Below, piece after piece: positions 13,428 to 26,595 of a DNA stretch of 45,287 nt. Source of the stretch: Catajapyx aquilonaris (Eukaryota); contig KZ538852.1 of NCBI GenBank assembly GCA_000934665.2, positions 1 to 45,287 on the forward strand. Direction: 5' to 3'. The notes beneath the pieces were generated by a model, which was given only the letters and a program-made list of their open reading frames with translations, did not search any database and was not told where the DNA came from. Numbering within the stretch: position 1 is the first letter of the stretch; each line of letters begins with the position of its first letter. A program made the position numbers and the translations under genes.

Positions 13428-14069
13428 ATATGCTACGTAGATTTAACCAAAGCTTTCTAACGATGTATAACGTTATTTTTTGGACCGTTTTTTTCTAAAT
13501 TTTATTTACCCCATTAGAGGGCGTTTTTACTTTTTAGACCATTTTCATTGGAGTTGTTTAGAGTGAAACACAGGGGCCAGTATTTAAAAAATCCGATAGT
13601 AGTCCTGTTCCTCTTCCTGGCGCGATTATGACACGAATGACACGTACGCGTATATATGGGGAGGCCATTTTGAAATATGACGTCTTATGGGGACAAATTA
13701 CGAGACAGACGCGTTTCTGACATACATACAGGGTATGGTCTCCATTCGTCTTAGCGGTGGTCGAATAATTACGCGGAAAAGACACAAAAACCGAAAGAAG
13801 CCTTCAGTTGATGCACTTTCAATTAGCACCACACCACTGATCTTAATTGACACCCCCTCCTCAGGAATGGAATATAATTATTTCGTGTGCTGTGGACGAA
13901 AACCGTTGAGTCCCTGAGGGATAATTTCCCCAGTGAAGTGGCTTGCTTCTCACATAATTATTTTCCAGTTTTTTTTCCTGGTGAGCAGTATGGTCGTCTG
14001 TCACTCACTCGATCTGTAAACAGTGCAACAATGGAAAGAATATTCAGCAGTCCCCATATGTTGATGTTT

Positions 14070-14720
14070 GAATGATTGGTCCGCCGCGCCGGCCTGGGTA
14101 TGCTGCCAGGTAACACGCGCCGTCGCGTCGCCGAAGAAAAAGAAAAACATTTAGAGACGGATAATGTGTCCAGCACTGTATACTGTACAGTACATCTCGT
14201 GACCTTGGAATTTGGTGGGAATTTACACAAAAATTCGAACTGTTTCTGACTCGGCATAATTAAGGCAAGCTCCAATTTTCGTTCACATCCCAGGATGGAG
14301 GGTGACATTTTTATTTAATTTTGTCTGAACTGTCGTGGAATTGCACGTCCATTATGTACTGCATGGCTTACGCTGCGCGTGAGACACGAACGTGTGATGT
14401 GTGATGCTGGCTTCCTGGTATTATTAGGGAAGCACAAATCCCTGCCGTGAGTCACAGTCAGCGGGGAATCCCCTCGCTACAGGTGGTACGGTGTTGAGCC
14501 GGTTCGGTTCCTTGTTTGCAACCTCGTTAATATTTTCCCCTCCAAGTGGCGACAGTAGCGGAATGGGTGGCGGCTAGTGGTGCAATTGGTGGTAATTTTT
14601 GCGCGTATTTAGCGCCATACTGCGATGCAGCTGAAAGTGCGACCTGTTCGGCGCGTGGGAGGTCACGGAAGTGGTTGCCCGAGGGCAGCATCACATGGCG
14701 CGGGTTTGCGGACATTTTCT
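14070..14720. promoter_or_regulatory. CpG-rich promoter-like patch
   Basis: Dense CG/CGCG, ATTGG boxes, GGGGAATCCCC kappaB-like palindrome at 14463-14473. Confidence 0.35.
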
Positions 14721-15650
14721 TGAAATTCAGTTCTTTTTTCTGGGCTGTATGAGCATAATTATTACGGGCAGCTCATAGCTAGGTGCATCATAATTTGGCA
14801 ATTTTATAAAAATAATTTCTGTTCGTGTTAAGGAGTTTCGTAATGTGACATTTGACCTCGTTTTTAAGAAATTGATCCATATTTGCTTTTCAAAACTGAT
14901 ATGCCATGTGAAAGGTCATGTCATGCTCTTAGTGCCTCTACAAATCACGATCGAGTAACGAGAGGCTGGCTGAGCAAATAAATAAAACATTAGACTCACC
15001 ACTCACCAGCCGATGACTCATATGTCTGAAGTAAACAGGCTTGCTAACTGAATGTCTCACGTGGTCTCACCTTTGTTACCGATATTGTTTGCTTGCCTTC
15101 TGTTGACATGTTAATGGCTCCCACATGAAGGGGTCTTTGTGTTGATCACTGGGGAAGTGTGTACTGAGTTCAGCAAGAGTTCCAAAGTATATAGGGAGCT
15201 ACCTGTAGGTTCCTTTGGCGAGAGAACATTACATTATTATCGAAAGTACAGTACCTGCATTACATTTCTTTTTGCATATGAGTGTCGGATGCAGACAGTC
15301 CCGAGAGTTGGTAGACTTAAAAACGTGTTATTTATTTGCTCAGCAGAGCCCCTATACCATGACATGTGCTTTCACATGGCACATGAATTTTCAAAACCAA
15401 AGATGGATCAATTTCTTAAAAATGAGGTCAAAGGTCACTACGAAACTCCATGATACGGACAGAATTAAGTAGACTAATATTTTCATAATTGAAGTGACTA
15501 ATAAAATTATGATACACCTAGCTATGAGCTGACCGTAACAATACGATCATTGTCCAATTGAATTATATAACCAATAGAAAAAAATTAATCAAGAAAATGT
15601 CCGCAAACCAGCGCAGCGTGGTGCCCTCGGGTAACAATTTCGGTCACCTC
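14658..15650. repeat. Old foldback element with ~330-bp imperfect inverted arms
   Basis: Matching inverted blocks gtttgcggacattttctt/aagaaaatgtccgcaaac, ctcatagctaggtg/cacctagctatgag, ttaagaaattgatccat/atggatcaatttcttaa, ctgagcaaataaataa/ttatttatttgctcag. Confidence 0.8.
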
Positions 15651-16779
15651 CCAGAACAGGTATAGAACCAATGAACGTGTCATTTGGCCCTACCTTATAC
15701 CCTATCTCGATGAAACCTATACAACTGTGCCAAATTAAATTCGGAGGTGACGAGGTTTTATGAGTGATCCTAGTTCGAATTTTTAGGCACGAAAAAACCC
15801 CGAAATAGGCACAAAAAGTTTACTTTTTTGGGCATATGGAGGAATGTTACAGAAAATGAAAAAGTCAGAATAATTTTATAGGCATAAACTAAAGTATAAA
15901 TATAAAGTCGCAAACCAGAGCAAAAATCGAATAACAACGATAAACTGACAGAAAATCACAAAACTTGGGCAAAAGACACAACGTGCAAGCAAAGTATCAC
16001 TCTTGCTCTGGACTCTATACCATTATATAGCCAGTTTCCACATGCACCAGACTTGCACAATATATTGCCAAATATTTTTCCAATCCGAGGAAAATTTAGA
16101 AACATATTTGGCATACTGTACGTGTCACGGAAACATGATTCGTATTACTTTTGAGCAATTTTGGTACTTTCAGAGCACAAAAAATACTCCTCAAAAAACC
16201 AAACATTCCTCTGAAGGAATAGACCCGTAATAGGTCCCAAAAGTCCCGAAATTGCTTCAAAAAGTTTAAAAAACTACCCCAAAAAAGGACAAATAGGCAT
16301 GAAAAGTCACAAAAAGGTAGAATAGGCAAAATAGTTCCCAAAACCACGAAATAGCCCATTTTAGGCACTCTAAAACCTACATTTTCCACATCCTGCACTT
16401 ATGCAACGAATAGATCTCTTCACAAAACCATTCCAACTGTTAGGAACTAAATAGCCATTTGCCAGAAAATTAATCGGCGATTTTGAAACGGGCAAGATTC
16501 AACAAACCCTTTTTTTCAGGACACAAGAAAAACTGAATATTATTTAAATGGTGCTCTCTATAAAAATGTGAAATAGCAGTTTTGTTCTGAAAGTCACAGT
16601 GTATTACACAGCACTCACCTGTTACCCACCTATCGCTTCACATTGTTGCAATATGGAATTCAAATTGTTGGAATAATGCCCTTTTCAAAATCACTGTACA
16701 ATGCATATGTAAAGGAGTTGCATTGTGTACATATTATTTGATTTGAAACCTACTCGTACAAACATGAGATGATCACAGT

Positions 16780-17190
16780 GTTATCAGTCCTCATTTTCAG
16801 AGTCACTTTCTTTCTCCTCAGTCAGCCAAGTCATTATAATTATCATCATAAAAGGTGATGTAGTCTGAATCTACATACTTCACCACCTTGGATATGACTT
16901 CTAGCTTTTGAGACTTGATTGGGACTCCCCCTTCATAGGCTGTGGTACTTGGCATTTCAGGTGGCAGTTGTATACTGTACCTTACGAAGCTTATATAGGA
17001 GGATGAGAGTAGTGCCTGAATATTGCCCTTTCCAAACTCAGTGGCCTCAGTTCACCATGACCGGTGTATGGCATGATGACGTTTACAATCTCATTCGATA
17101 CATTCCCAAGCATATGATACTTCTGCATCAGCAGTTCATTTTGACAAAAAAAGTGAATATTGTCCTTTTCAAAATGACCGATTCAAATCC
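16780..17190 (-). pseudogene. Degenerate DNA-transposon ORF C-terminal remnant
   Basis: - strand peptide AYEGGVPIKSQKLEVISKVVKYVDSDYITFYDD followed by an acidic tail with stops; adjacent ccttttcaaaatgaccgattcaa matches the arm of the hairpin at 6890-6968. Confidence 0.4.
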
Positions 17191-18847
17191 GGACTCTCGT
17201 GATCAGCACCTTGACGTGGTATAAATAATAAAATATTTATTTAAATGTCATGTGCACTGCTTGGTCATGGCCACTTTTGAGCCCTCCGATTTCTCTTTTC
17301 TTCCCCCAGCACATCAGGTCAAGTGCTGGCGCTGGCGGTTTCCTTTCAGAACAAATAATATTAGGCGTGACATCTTTATTGCCTGCAGATGTTTTAGGGT
17401 TCGCACTCTTCGCATCCTGGGCAAAGAAAGGTGACACGGGAAAGAGGTCCAGTGATAGCCCCCCCCACCCCCCCCCCCCCCCNCCCCCCCCCCCCCCGGC
17501 TCTCGGCTCTCTTGTCGGCTCGATTGGTGGTAAATTGAGGCAGTACCGACAAATACGGTACTGTCAATTTCACGGTGCCGTTAGTCTGAGTCCCTTCGGA
17601 GTCACCGCAATGGCTGCAACTGCCTTCTGGATCTGTAACCCGATACTTTTTGGTCCGTATAATAAAAGCAAGGCGCCTGGGATGGGGCCGGACGCGTCAC
17701 CTTGATTTAATTGGAACGCGGGGTAATTATAATACTATTGATGTATTGCGAGCGGTATCTGTAAAACTTCTCTCAGTCGAATTTCCATGGGACCGGGAAA
17801 AAACTTCGAGTAATGTTACAGAAGATTCGAGTTAGAGAAGTTTGGAATTTTTGAAGCACATAACTCAATAAGGAAGCCTACATTTATATCCAGCGACGAA
17901 AGGTGTTCCAAACTTAAAAAGAACTGTCACTATCACACTTACAATATTCATCATTGTTTTGTTGTAAAAAAAAAAACTCCGTTATGGGCATTTGCCTAGA
18001 TCGGCTCTCACTCGCAATAAATAAGGATGGCATGAGTCATTACTGGTAGACGGAGATCTGTGCATGTGCCCTACTCTCGACCCTTCGTCTGGGAAATGAG
18101 AAAATTTTCGGTACTCGCCAACATGAACTTCGACTTCTAGGGAGACTGAAAATACATTGACTATTGACATCCCATCGTAAGGCCCTGCCTGCACTTAGAG
18201 TTATGGAGAACTTCCAGTTAGGGAAGTTTATTTCCTATTATTTTACATTGTGACCAACCAAGCTCATCATTTTCTTCGACTTATATAGAGAACTTCCACT
18301 TAGGAAAGTTCGACATGGAAGTTTTACTATATAAACAAGGCCAATCCGGTGGTGTAGTATTACGTATATGTGATGTGACACTCTGACAGAATGGGTCATT
18401 CCATGTCAATACAGACAAGTTGGTGACTCGACCATCTCAGAATTGATATTTAAAAAATCATGCGCGTACACACACATGGGCTGTTGCTAAAAACAAAATT
18501 AGAGCCACCCAGGTGAAAATTCTAGGGAGATATGGCAAAGTCTTTTCGGCAACAATGGAGCCGGACGGACATTTTATTTCAGGTAGAGTTCTTCTTGTAA
18601 CTGAAACTGAGATATACCGTACATAAGAAAGGGCAAGTCTTCCTCTAATTTTATACATAGTCACCAACTCACCATACACTTTGGTGCACTTGTCCCAGCG
18701 GGGCACTATTTAGTAGTTTTTCCATAGCCCTGCAGGAAAAAGCGTCAGGCTGGGTGGGAAGCCAGTGGGGGATGAGGATGTAACATAAGCCTCCCAGATC
18801 ATATTTAACTTAATTAGCAGGCTACAGTAGCATACTACTAGTCTACT

Positions 18848-19078
18848 ACCGAAGCAGGTTGGCATAGTGGATAGGGCGTCCGACTGCTAATCGGGAGGTC
18901 CTGGGTTCGAATCCCGGGGCCGGCAACCTTGACTGTGGTTTTCTGGGGTTTTCCACGGTCTTTCTAGGATAATTCCGGGGTCGCTTCCGTATATTAGGCC
19001 ACAGCCTCTTCCTTCCTTCCCTATCCTTGGAGGTTGAAAGGCAATGCTGGGCCAACCTTCTTAATATCAATTATATAA
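18848..19078 (+). mobile_element. tRNA-derived SINE family 3
   Basis: A box TGGCATAGTGG, B box GGTTCGAATCC, core ggttttct...ggttttcc...ggccacagcc..ttccttcc; near-identical flanks agtagcata(c/g)tact at 18826 and 19079. Confidence 0.85.
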
Positions 19079-21177
19079 AGTAGCATAGTACTTCCAAGTG
19101 GGGGGCCAGGGGGACCAGGCAGTGTGGACAAAATTTGGCAACGGGTCGAACTAGTGCCTAATAGAAACGGGCATCTCAATTGAAACATGGTGCCATTATT
19201 TTTGAAGAGACTTTAACATAAACACGTGGCAAAATGCAGTAATTAAACATGGAATGCAATTGTCCCACTTCCCTGGCTACAGTATCACACATGCTAATGG
19301 TGTAAAAGCAACGAATTGTAAAATTGCTTGCACAGAACTCCAAATTTGGAGCACATGACTGTTGGTCACTCTTTTGCTGATTTGATGAAGGGGAAGATTT
19401 TGGGGTGTCAAGGACACATTCCCCTCGGAATTTTCGACCCGGGCAATAAACCCACACCCAAAGTCTTTCAAGATGCTTTCTCGAAAGGGCGTGAATAAAC
19501 CAGTGTCTCCAGGGGTCAAGCTAGCAGGGCTTTGTGACAGAAACACATGTTGCACATCCTGGAATGACCCCTCTGGCCATAGGGAGCTCAACAAAAGGGG
19601 GTTGTTACTTGTTTCGACCCATCCCAAAAATGAAGGCTACCATTCGGCTTACTGAAACCGGAACTGGGCGAACAGAATTCTTACCAATTGAGGTGAAATC
19701 AGAATGATGGCCAACAATACAGGGTGATCCAACTTTATGACACCAACAGTTATTGGGAAAATCGCGCAAGCTGCTACTTTTTAAGCAGCTACTTTGCTAA
19801 GAGTTACTTTCTCGAGTATCTGGAATAGCGCCTGCTGATGCATGTCTTCATGTGACATTGTCAAATGTATGACGACAGTATCCTGACAACGGAGGATGAA
19901 TATGGTGGCAATGCAGATGAGATGCTGAAGCAGGTGTTGCAGGATACACAAAGTAAATCTTCAGCAGATGAATACACTATAAACCCTGGTTAGGACGATA
20001 AACCACCTTCTCATTGGGATGGCCTTGACTTGAGTGCATTAAAAAAATTAGAACTTGATGCTTTGGCATGCCACTCTTACTATTGAGGACATTTTTTTGC
20101 TGCCCAAAATAAAAACTTAATTTCCTAAAGAGTCACTTGTTACCGATTTATAAACCAAAAAGGTTTAAAATAAAGAAGAAAACGTGCATTGAAAGTTGAT
20201 TACTGGATCTGGATGATTACTGTACAGTACTAATTCATACATTATCAGGCTGCACTATGAAACCCGAGATATTGAAATCCTAATATGTTGGAGGACACCT
20301 CCCTATGTTGGACAATTTCCTTGGAACCGTCAGTGTCCAACATAGACAGGTTTTACTGTATGTGTATGATGTTTCTTGGACAGGAGAAGATATGGTATGA
20401 ATTGTGTCTACCTCTGTTATGATTTGGGACAATAACACAGATTATCGGGTCAGGTTTCTTGCTCCATGATTGTAGTGTCTGGCAGGGTGGGTAAAACTAG
20501 TAACTTGTAAGTGCCACAAGTGAATCAATATTTTTTTACTTATAATTCTACAATGGGTTATTATGGCAACAGATTTCCATGGCATCAACAATGATTGATT
20601 GTTGTTGATTACATTGTCATGGAAACAGACTGTGCGAAGAATGGGCTCCAGACCTCTGCTACTGCAGAATAAATAGCCTATAACTTGTAATATCCAGAAC
20701 CACTAATCTACCATCAAATTCACAATTTCTTGGGTTTAAAAACAGGTGGCCAAATTCACTCCTGGGTGGCCTTCAAGTGGGCAAGTTTACGTTTCCATGA
20801 TTTTATGCTTCTGGTAAGGTTTGGTCCCTCCCCTATGTGTAGCACCAAGGTAGCACATATTAGAAGTAGTGGCCAAGTTGTCCCATGTGGATGGCAATGG
20901 CCAGGTTCACCCATTCAAATATTTTCTGGCCCAGAGAAGTGCATTTATAATGGGAAAATTAGATGGCCAAGTCCACCCCACAGTGGGGTAGACATGGCCA
21001 TGACGTCATAATTTGTCTATGTAGTATTGTGCACTGGAAAAACATTTTTATACTCCCCCTATTGGCCAGGATTGTCCAATGCCTAATTAAAAAATTTATC
21101 GTGACTTACACGACAAGAAAGCCACGGGTAACGGAGGCTTCAGATAGGAATATAAAATTCATCGCATTTATGACTTA

Positions 21178-21333
21178 GGCCGGGCTGCACCGGCTCCCGG
21201 AAAATTTGTCTGGCCAAAGAAGAGCCAGGATAGTTCGTTACTCATTGTTAGAATTTTTGACAACAATGAATAACAAACTATCCTGGCTCTTCTTCGGCCA
21301 GACAAATTTTCCTGGAGCTGGTGCAACCCGGCC
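21178..21333. mobile_element. PIF/Harbinger (Tourist-like) MITE, copy 1
   Basis: TTA TSD on both sides; TIR GGCCGGGcTGCACC / GGTGCAACCCGGCC; hairpin over its whole length; second copy at 28878. Confidence 0.85.
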
Positions 21334-21361
21334 TTAACCGTTAGGGTTATTGGGTTCAGGA

Positions 21362-21709
21362 GGGGAAGGCGGTGGCCAAGATGGTAACGTCTCGGCTTGC
21401 TGTGCGAAAGGTCCTGGGTTCTAATCCCCGCCCTGGAGTTACCTTTCGCCTGCATAAGTGGGTCGCTGGCGCCTAAGGAGGCGTCTTGGCAACTGGCCTC
21501 CTGGGGGACTGCACATGACCCTTTTCCGACATTGCACTTGCACCTGTGTCCCTTCCCCAAAACTCCAACCCTTACCCCATTTCATAGTATTCCTTGCACC
21601 GGAGAACGAAGTAAAAAGTAACAGAAAACTGATGGTGGCGTGCCACTCCCCTCTAACGACTTAAAAAGTTGTATCATGGGGTGAAATAAATAAATTAATT
21701 TAAAAAATT
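21362..21709 (+). mobile_element. tRNA-derived SINE family 1
   Basis: Head GGTGGCCAAGATGGTAACGTC, AT-rich tail, TSD ttgggtt(c/g)agga at 21350 and 21710; homologous to 29257 and 37388. Confidence 0.9.
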
Positions 21710-23892
21710 TTGGGTTGAGGATATTTTCAAAGACCTAAATTAAAATATTATATGAACTTGGTGTTATGTTATTAATTTTACAAAAAATAAATTATTTCTT
21801 TCGTGACTTACATGACACTTATTTTGTCCTCATTGCTTTCTGATTAGATTCATGAGAAGAATTTTGGATTTTTAGGGCAGAAACAAAGTAATCTCTCTTA
21901 TTACATGTTATTTTATTTAAACATTTAAATGATAGGCCTACATGAGAATGTGCAGGGCTACAATTCTTATGAACATTTGAAGATGTGTAATGCATATACA
22001 TAATGTGTGTACCTGAGCAGACAGCAGTGGATTCATTGTATTGTTATGTGAGATGGCCAGATGTGATACCTGATGGTCATCACTGGCCACCCTGTAAGGA
22101 TATAATGCCATGAAGGTGGAATGTGTATTTAGGCTACAATGTATGTAGTCTGTGTAATGTGTATGTGTAATGTGTATGAATGGTATATAATTGGTATAAC
22201 TTGCCCAACAAAGCATATATAGTGAGTTCTGTCCATTACATTAAATTGCATTCAATGACAATCCATCTGCTTTAATATCTGTAAAACCAAGAGCTTGGTA
22301 AAACTAAAAGCGGATGCACTACTATTTTGTAGATTCTGCAGGCAAATTACGTACGTCTGGGATGAATTAGCTAGGAGTACTGGAAGTTTGTGGTACAATG
22401 TCTTTAATAAGTCAAGTGGAAAATAAACAATATAAAACGCAAAAATTGAAGCATTGGAAATAAGAGAATGTTCTAGTTCAATGTCCAAGTGCACTGAAAT
22501 AATGAGATTTTCTTAGTTAGGAATGTAAAGAATTTCTTTTCCAGTAGGAGTCCACATTTCATCAAGCTTATAGCTATTCTTCTTTCCATATCCTTTGATC
22601 CAATGAATATAATAATTATAATGTTTGGATAAACTCTACAGGCAACTTCTGCAAATTCTCTAGCTGTGTTTGGATCAAACTGTCTGGCATTGATGGCGTC
22701 TCAAACTCTCCATTTTACCTTCAAAGTTTCTCTCTGACCTCTGAAAGTCACCAATGAAAAAAATTACACCTTTCTTTTTGCCTTTCCAATGCACTTATCT
22801 AGGACAGCTCTTACTTCCCTTCTTGATTTAACTACGGCATTTGCTTTTTCTTCCATACCACTACAACTGTATGTGCCATTTTACCAGCCGCGAAACAATA
22901 GTGACAGTGGCATCCAAGGGGAAACGTGACTTACACAACAAAAATGAAATGGCCATAACAATGTTCAGACAAATATTACCGCAAAATTATTAATAAGTTA
23001 TTATTTGAAGGGTACTACTGTGTAGTGAGAAGGTAATTAATATCAATTTTTAGATTTTGGTACTACAGCTAAAAATGTAAAAAGGTCAAAAAATCGTGAC
23101 TTACATGACACACAATGATGGTATGTAAACTTGCTAATTTTTATGCTGAATAAGTCATTGGAATGGAAAGATAAATATATAGTAGGCCTACATTCATCCA
23201 GTTCTTATGTGATAGAAATCATAGTTTACTGCATGAAAACCACTACCGGTATCTTACTCGTACTTTGAATTATGAAATTTTTTTCATCATTCAAAGTAAG
23301 ACAGTTCAACTTTAATCCCCTGGGATTAAAGTTGAAAATTTTCTACCTTTTCTCTTTCCTCTGTTCCGGGCATGCGCAGTTGGCACCTCTTGCATGAGAA
23401 AACTGTAACGTGGATACCATGCTTTACTTGCTTTGGTTCCTTCCCACTCAAATAAGAACATACAGATGGGATCATTAAGCATGACTGGATATACACTGTA
23501 CTTCCGATTATTATCTGGGCTAATGACTGGATGGGTGACGCCGGATAATCAGAAAATATATTCACAGGTTTTTAATGTATAATACTACTGTACTACTGTA
23601 CTATTGTGCTGCTTGGTTTAATCAAAATAATAAAACGTACCATAAATCTTCTAATACAGTGGTTCTTAACCTGGGGTGAGGTGGCTCCCCTGGGGGTGCG
23701 AGCAAGCAGGTGCACCTCTGGACTTAGTCTAACTATGAACTTAATCAATCACCCCTGATATAGGGGGTGCAACAAGGACCAACTCTCTTTGAAGGGGTGC
23801 GGAGGCCCGAAAAGGTTAAGAACCCTTGTTCTAATGCTTTGTCTTCTAGAAAAAGTCTGTTATATTTCTTCATTGGCGAGACATATTGACAG

Positions 23893-24310
23893 GGGTGGAT
23901 TTTCATCCCACAGCTACAGTAGTCTCTCTGTCTTTGTCTCTCTCTCTCTCCCCCTCCCCCCTCCCCCAGTGATAGGGCTCGAGGACCTCTTAGGGGGGAA
24001 GGGGAAGTTCCCAAGGGGGGGCGCCATGCGATAGCCATTTCTGACATTCTCTAACACCAGGCCTTTTCTCCTGGCCCCGAGCAGAGAAGGGAGTGCAATT
24101 CTGCTCCAGCATGTCGGGTGAAAAGCGGGAAGAAGACCCGGACAAGCAGAGGTGATGGGGACGGGAATTGAACCACGGCCTCCCGCTTGGCTGGCCAGTG
24201 GCGTAACCACTAGACCACCATGCAACCCCCAGCTACAGTAGTTATCGCTAACTGAGAGTACCAGTGTTGGCACTGGTGTCTAACAGTGCAGTGGGACGAA
24301 AATTCCACCC
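23893..24310. mobile_element. Small MITE (GGGTGGA..TTTC.TCCCAC TIR) interrupted by a SINE
   Basis: gggtggattttcatcccac ... gtgggacgaaaattccaccc; same family as 30216-30759. Confidence 0.75.
23924..24229 (-). mobile_element. tRNA-derived SINE family 4
   Basis: - strand A box TGGTCTAGTGG and B box GGTTCAATTCC; GA-rich tail; 13-bp TSD cagctacagtagt at 23911-23923 and 24230-24242. Confidence 0.9.
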
Positions 24311-24509
24311 ATTTTTTCGGACTTTAACTTTTATTTTATTTTTTGGCGATGCACAGATAATCCGCACCAGGATAATCGGGAATACAGTGTATAGTTTTGC
24401 ATTGAAATTTGGCGTATATTACCTCATTGTTTGTCCATTGGGCATTGCAAATTGTCTTTTTTTTTTCCAGTTCACCGAGTATCTTCTGTTATTGAGAAGC
24501 TACAGTATA

Positions 24510-25965
24510 ATGGCTAGGAAAAAGAGACGCCAAAAAAATAAAGACAAGCCCGTGCACAGTCAGAAGCGAAGTGAACCTTCACCCCAGAAGAAAAGGAGGG
24601 TGGAGAGTGGGTCAGACCAATTTGATATTGGTGGAAATTGTCTGACAGTGAAGGAAACATTGCCTCATCAAAATCAGCAGGATGAGTTAAATGTGGACTC
24701 AGTAATAATAGTTGCAACTGTGCATAAATTACGAGAAGCCAACCATCTCGGGTACGCCCAATATCAAGAAAAAGAGAAGCAAATTGCCCACAATGAGAGT
24801 GATTCTGGAATAAGTTGTGGACATGGTGAAGACAGGGGTGAGGACAGGGATCCACCAAATGGATCAGTCTCTTCCATTAGTCCACTACCCCTATGGAGTG
24901 CTGTGGAAAGTCCTGTTGATCCGATTCCATTAGCGAGTGAGGCGAGTTACTCACTAAATGTTGTAAGTGAAATGCTCAAACATTTGGAAGGAAGTAACGA
25001 GAATGTCAGCTGGTCACCAGATAAGGAACTAGCCACATTGAATTCAGAAGATATGTCTCTTTTTGACAGCTTGCCAGTTTGTGCAGTGAGCGCTTTTTTG
25101 AGGCATGAGAGTGAGGGATTGGCATCAGAGGAAAAGAGTCAGGCTGAAGACATCAACCACATAAAATCCCACGGGAAGCCACATGAGGTAAAACTGTACA
25201 GTAGTACACCACAGACTAAGAGTCTCTGTCACGAAGACCAGCAACCAGGTCATCCATTAGAAATTATTGATGTTCAGGTTGAGGGTCCAACCATTCATGG
25301 GAGTAAATTGAGTTGTGAAAGGCAGTTTGAAGTACCAAAGAAGTACCCTCTTTCAGAACAGGTTTGCAATAGCAATAACCTGACAGATACCCAGATGGAT
25401 ATTGTGACAGACGAGTCAGAAACGGATAATAGTGCAGCATCAAATAGAAGTAATGAACCCCTGAATATGGATGATAGTGAATGCAAAGGTGTAAGCATTG
25501 CCAAGAGTTCACCTGAAAAAGCCAAGTCAAGGTCGTGTGAAGGAAGAGAATCAAAGGCGAAAGAAGCCCTGGAAAAAGAAAAGAAGGTGGCTATCAGAAA
25601 AGAAGGTGGGCCAGGGAAACTCGGACATGAACATGAAGGACATAAAAGCAGCATTCAAAAAAAGACTGTGTGTGGGGTACAAGGCTTAGCGAAGAAGACG
25701 AAGGAGGAAGGCAGGAGGACTGACAAAACTAGTGTAACAAAGCCACGTAGCTCTACTTCCAAGCAAGTTAGTGATAGAGAGCAGGCAGGTGATATTCCTC
25801 TCAAACGGAAGGAAGGCTTGGCGCAAAGCAAATCGAAGGACTCCGAGGGAGAAAAGGCAGGTGGGAAAAGAACCCATGAAGTTCCAATGGGTTTACCTGG
25901 GAAACCAAGGAGTATGACTCACAGCAAATTATTGCAACAGCGTTTTATGAATGATACCAGTGAAG
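24510..25965 (+). CDS. Dnmt3: DNMT3-like gene, coding exon 1: ~485-aa charged/low-complexity N-terminus with basic NLS-like motifs (RKKRR, PQKKRRV)
   Basis: Long open frame; polypyrimidine tract plus CAG acceptor at 24470; AAG|GTAAGA donor at 25966; phase 1 matches the ADD exon at 31316. The link to the downstream exons is inferred from phase and position, not homology. Confidence 0.8.
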
Positions 25966-26595
25966 GTAAGAATCTTTATAATATTGATAGGTGGATGTGC
26001 ATGCATTTAATTAAGGTCTCTCTACATATTTCTGTTGACACCAGTAGTTTCAAGTTTTGTGTCATGTTACGTATAGAGAGGATTCATGGAATTAGGTCTA
26101 ACCTGTCTGCATATAGAGTGTGCTTGCTTGCCAAACAGTGCCTTAATGTTGTGAGAATTTTGGATAATTGAAGATGTGACAATGCAAAGGTGTAAGTGCC
26201 GAAAACCGGATTCTGAGTTGTGTTTGATTTTTTCTCCGCAAGAAACATTATGCCATAGGCAACCTGCCCCATCTACTGGCCAAATGTAGAACCTTCCTGA
26301 TTTTTCTGGCACTTGGGACTTCTACCCCACATTGGCAATGGCATATAGGATACGTTGACTCAATCCAGATTTTTTAGCACTTAGGACCTTTGCATTGTCA
26401 CGTCTTCAATTCACTTTGGTGGCTTATAAGAACAAAAGCTTCATCCAATTATTATTGAGAATATTGGATAATTTCATTAAGGACAGTATGACCAAAGCCA
26501 TTCTCTTACAGCACCAGGTTCCTTTCTTACCACATTACCAACATGTTACCCCTCACTACTGGAACATTGCAGATTGTAGAATGCCCCATTAAGTA

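Noticed and set aside
17461..17497. Long G/C homopolymers (also near 3252 and 8095) as functional G4 or poly-Pro coding elements
   Set aside because: They contain N calls, so length is unreliable, and the ORFs through them look like artefacts
21100..23111. CRISPR-like array from the repeated CGTGACTTACA motif
   Set aside because: Repeats are only ~15 bp, irregularly spaced by 170-1100 bp, in eukaryotic DNA with no cas genes
24264..26171. Treating the 635-aa ORF as a single-exon gene
   Set aside because: Its ends run through a MITE and intron sequence; a strong acceptor (24470) and donor (25966) delimit the real exon
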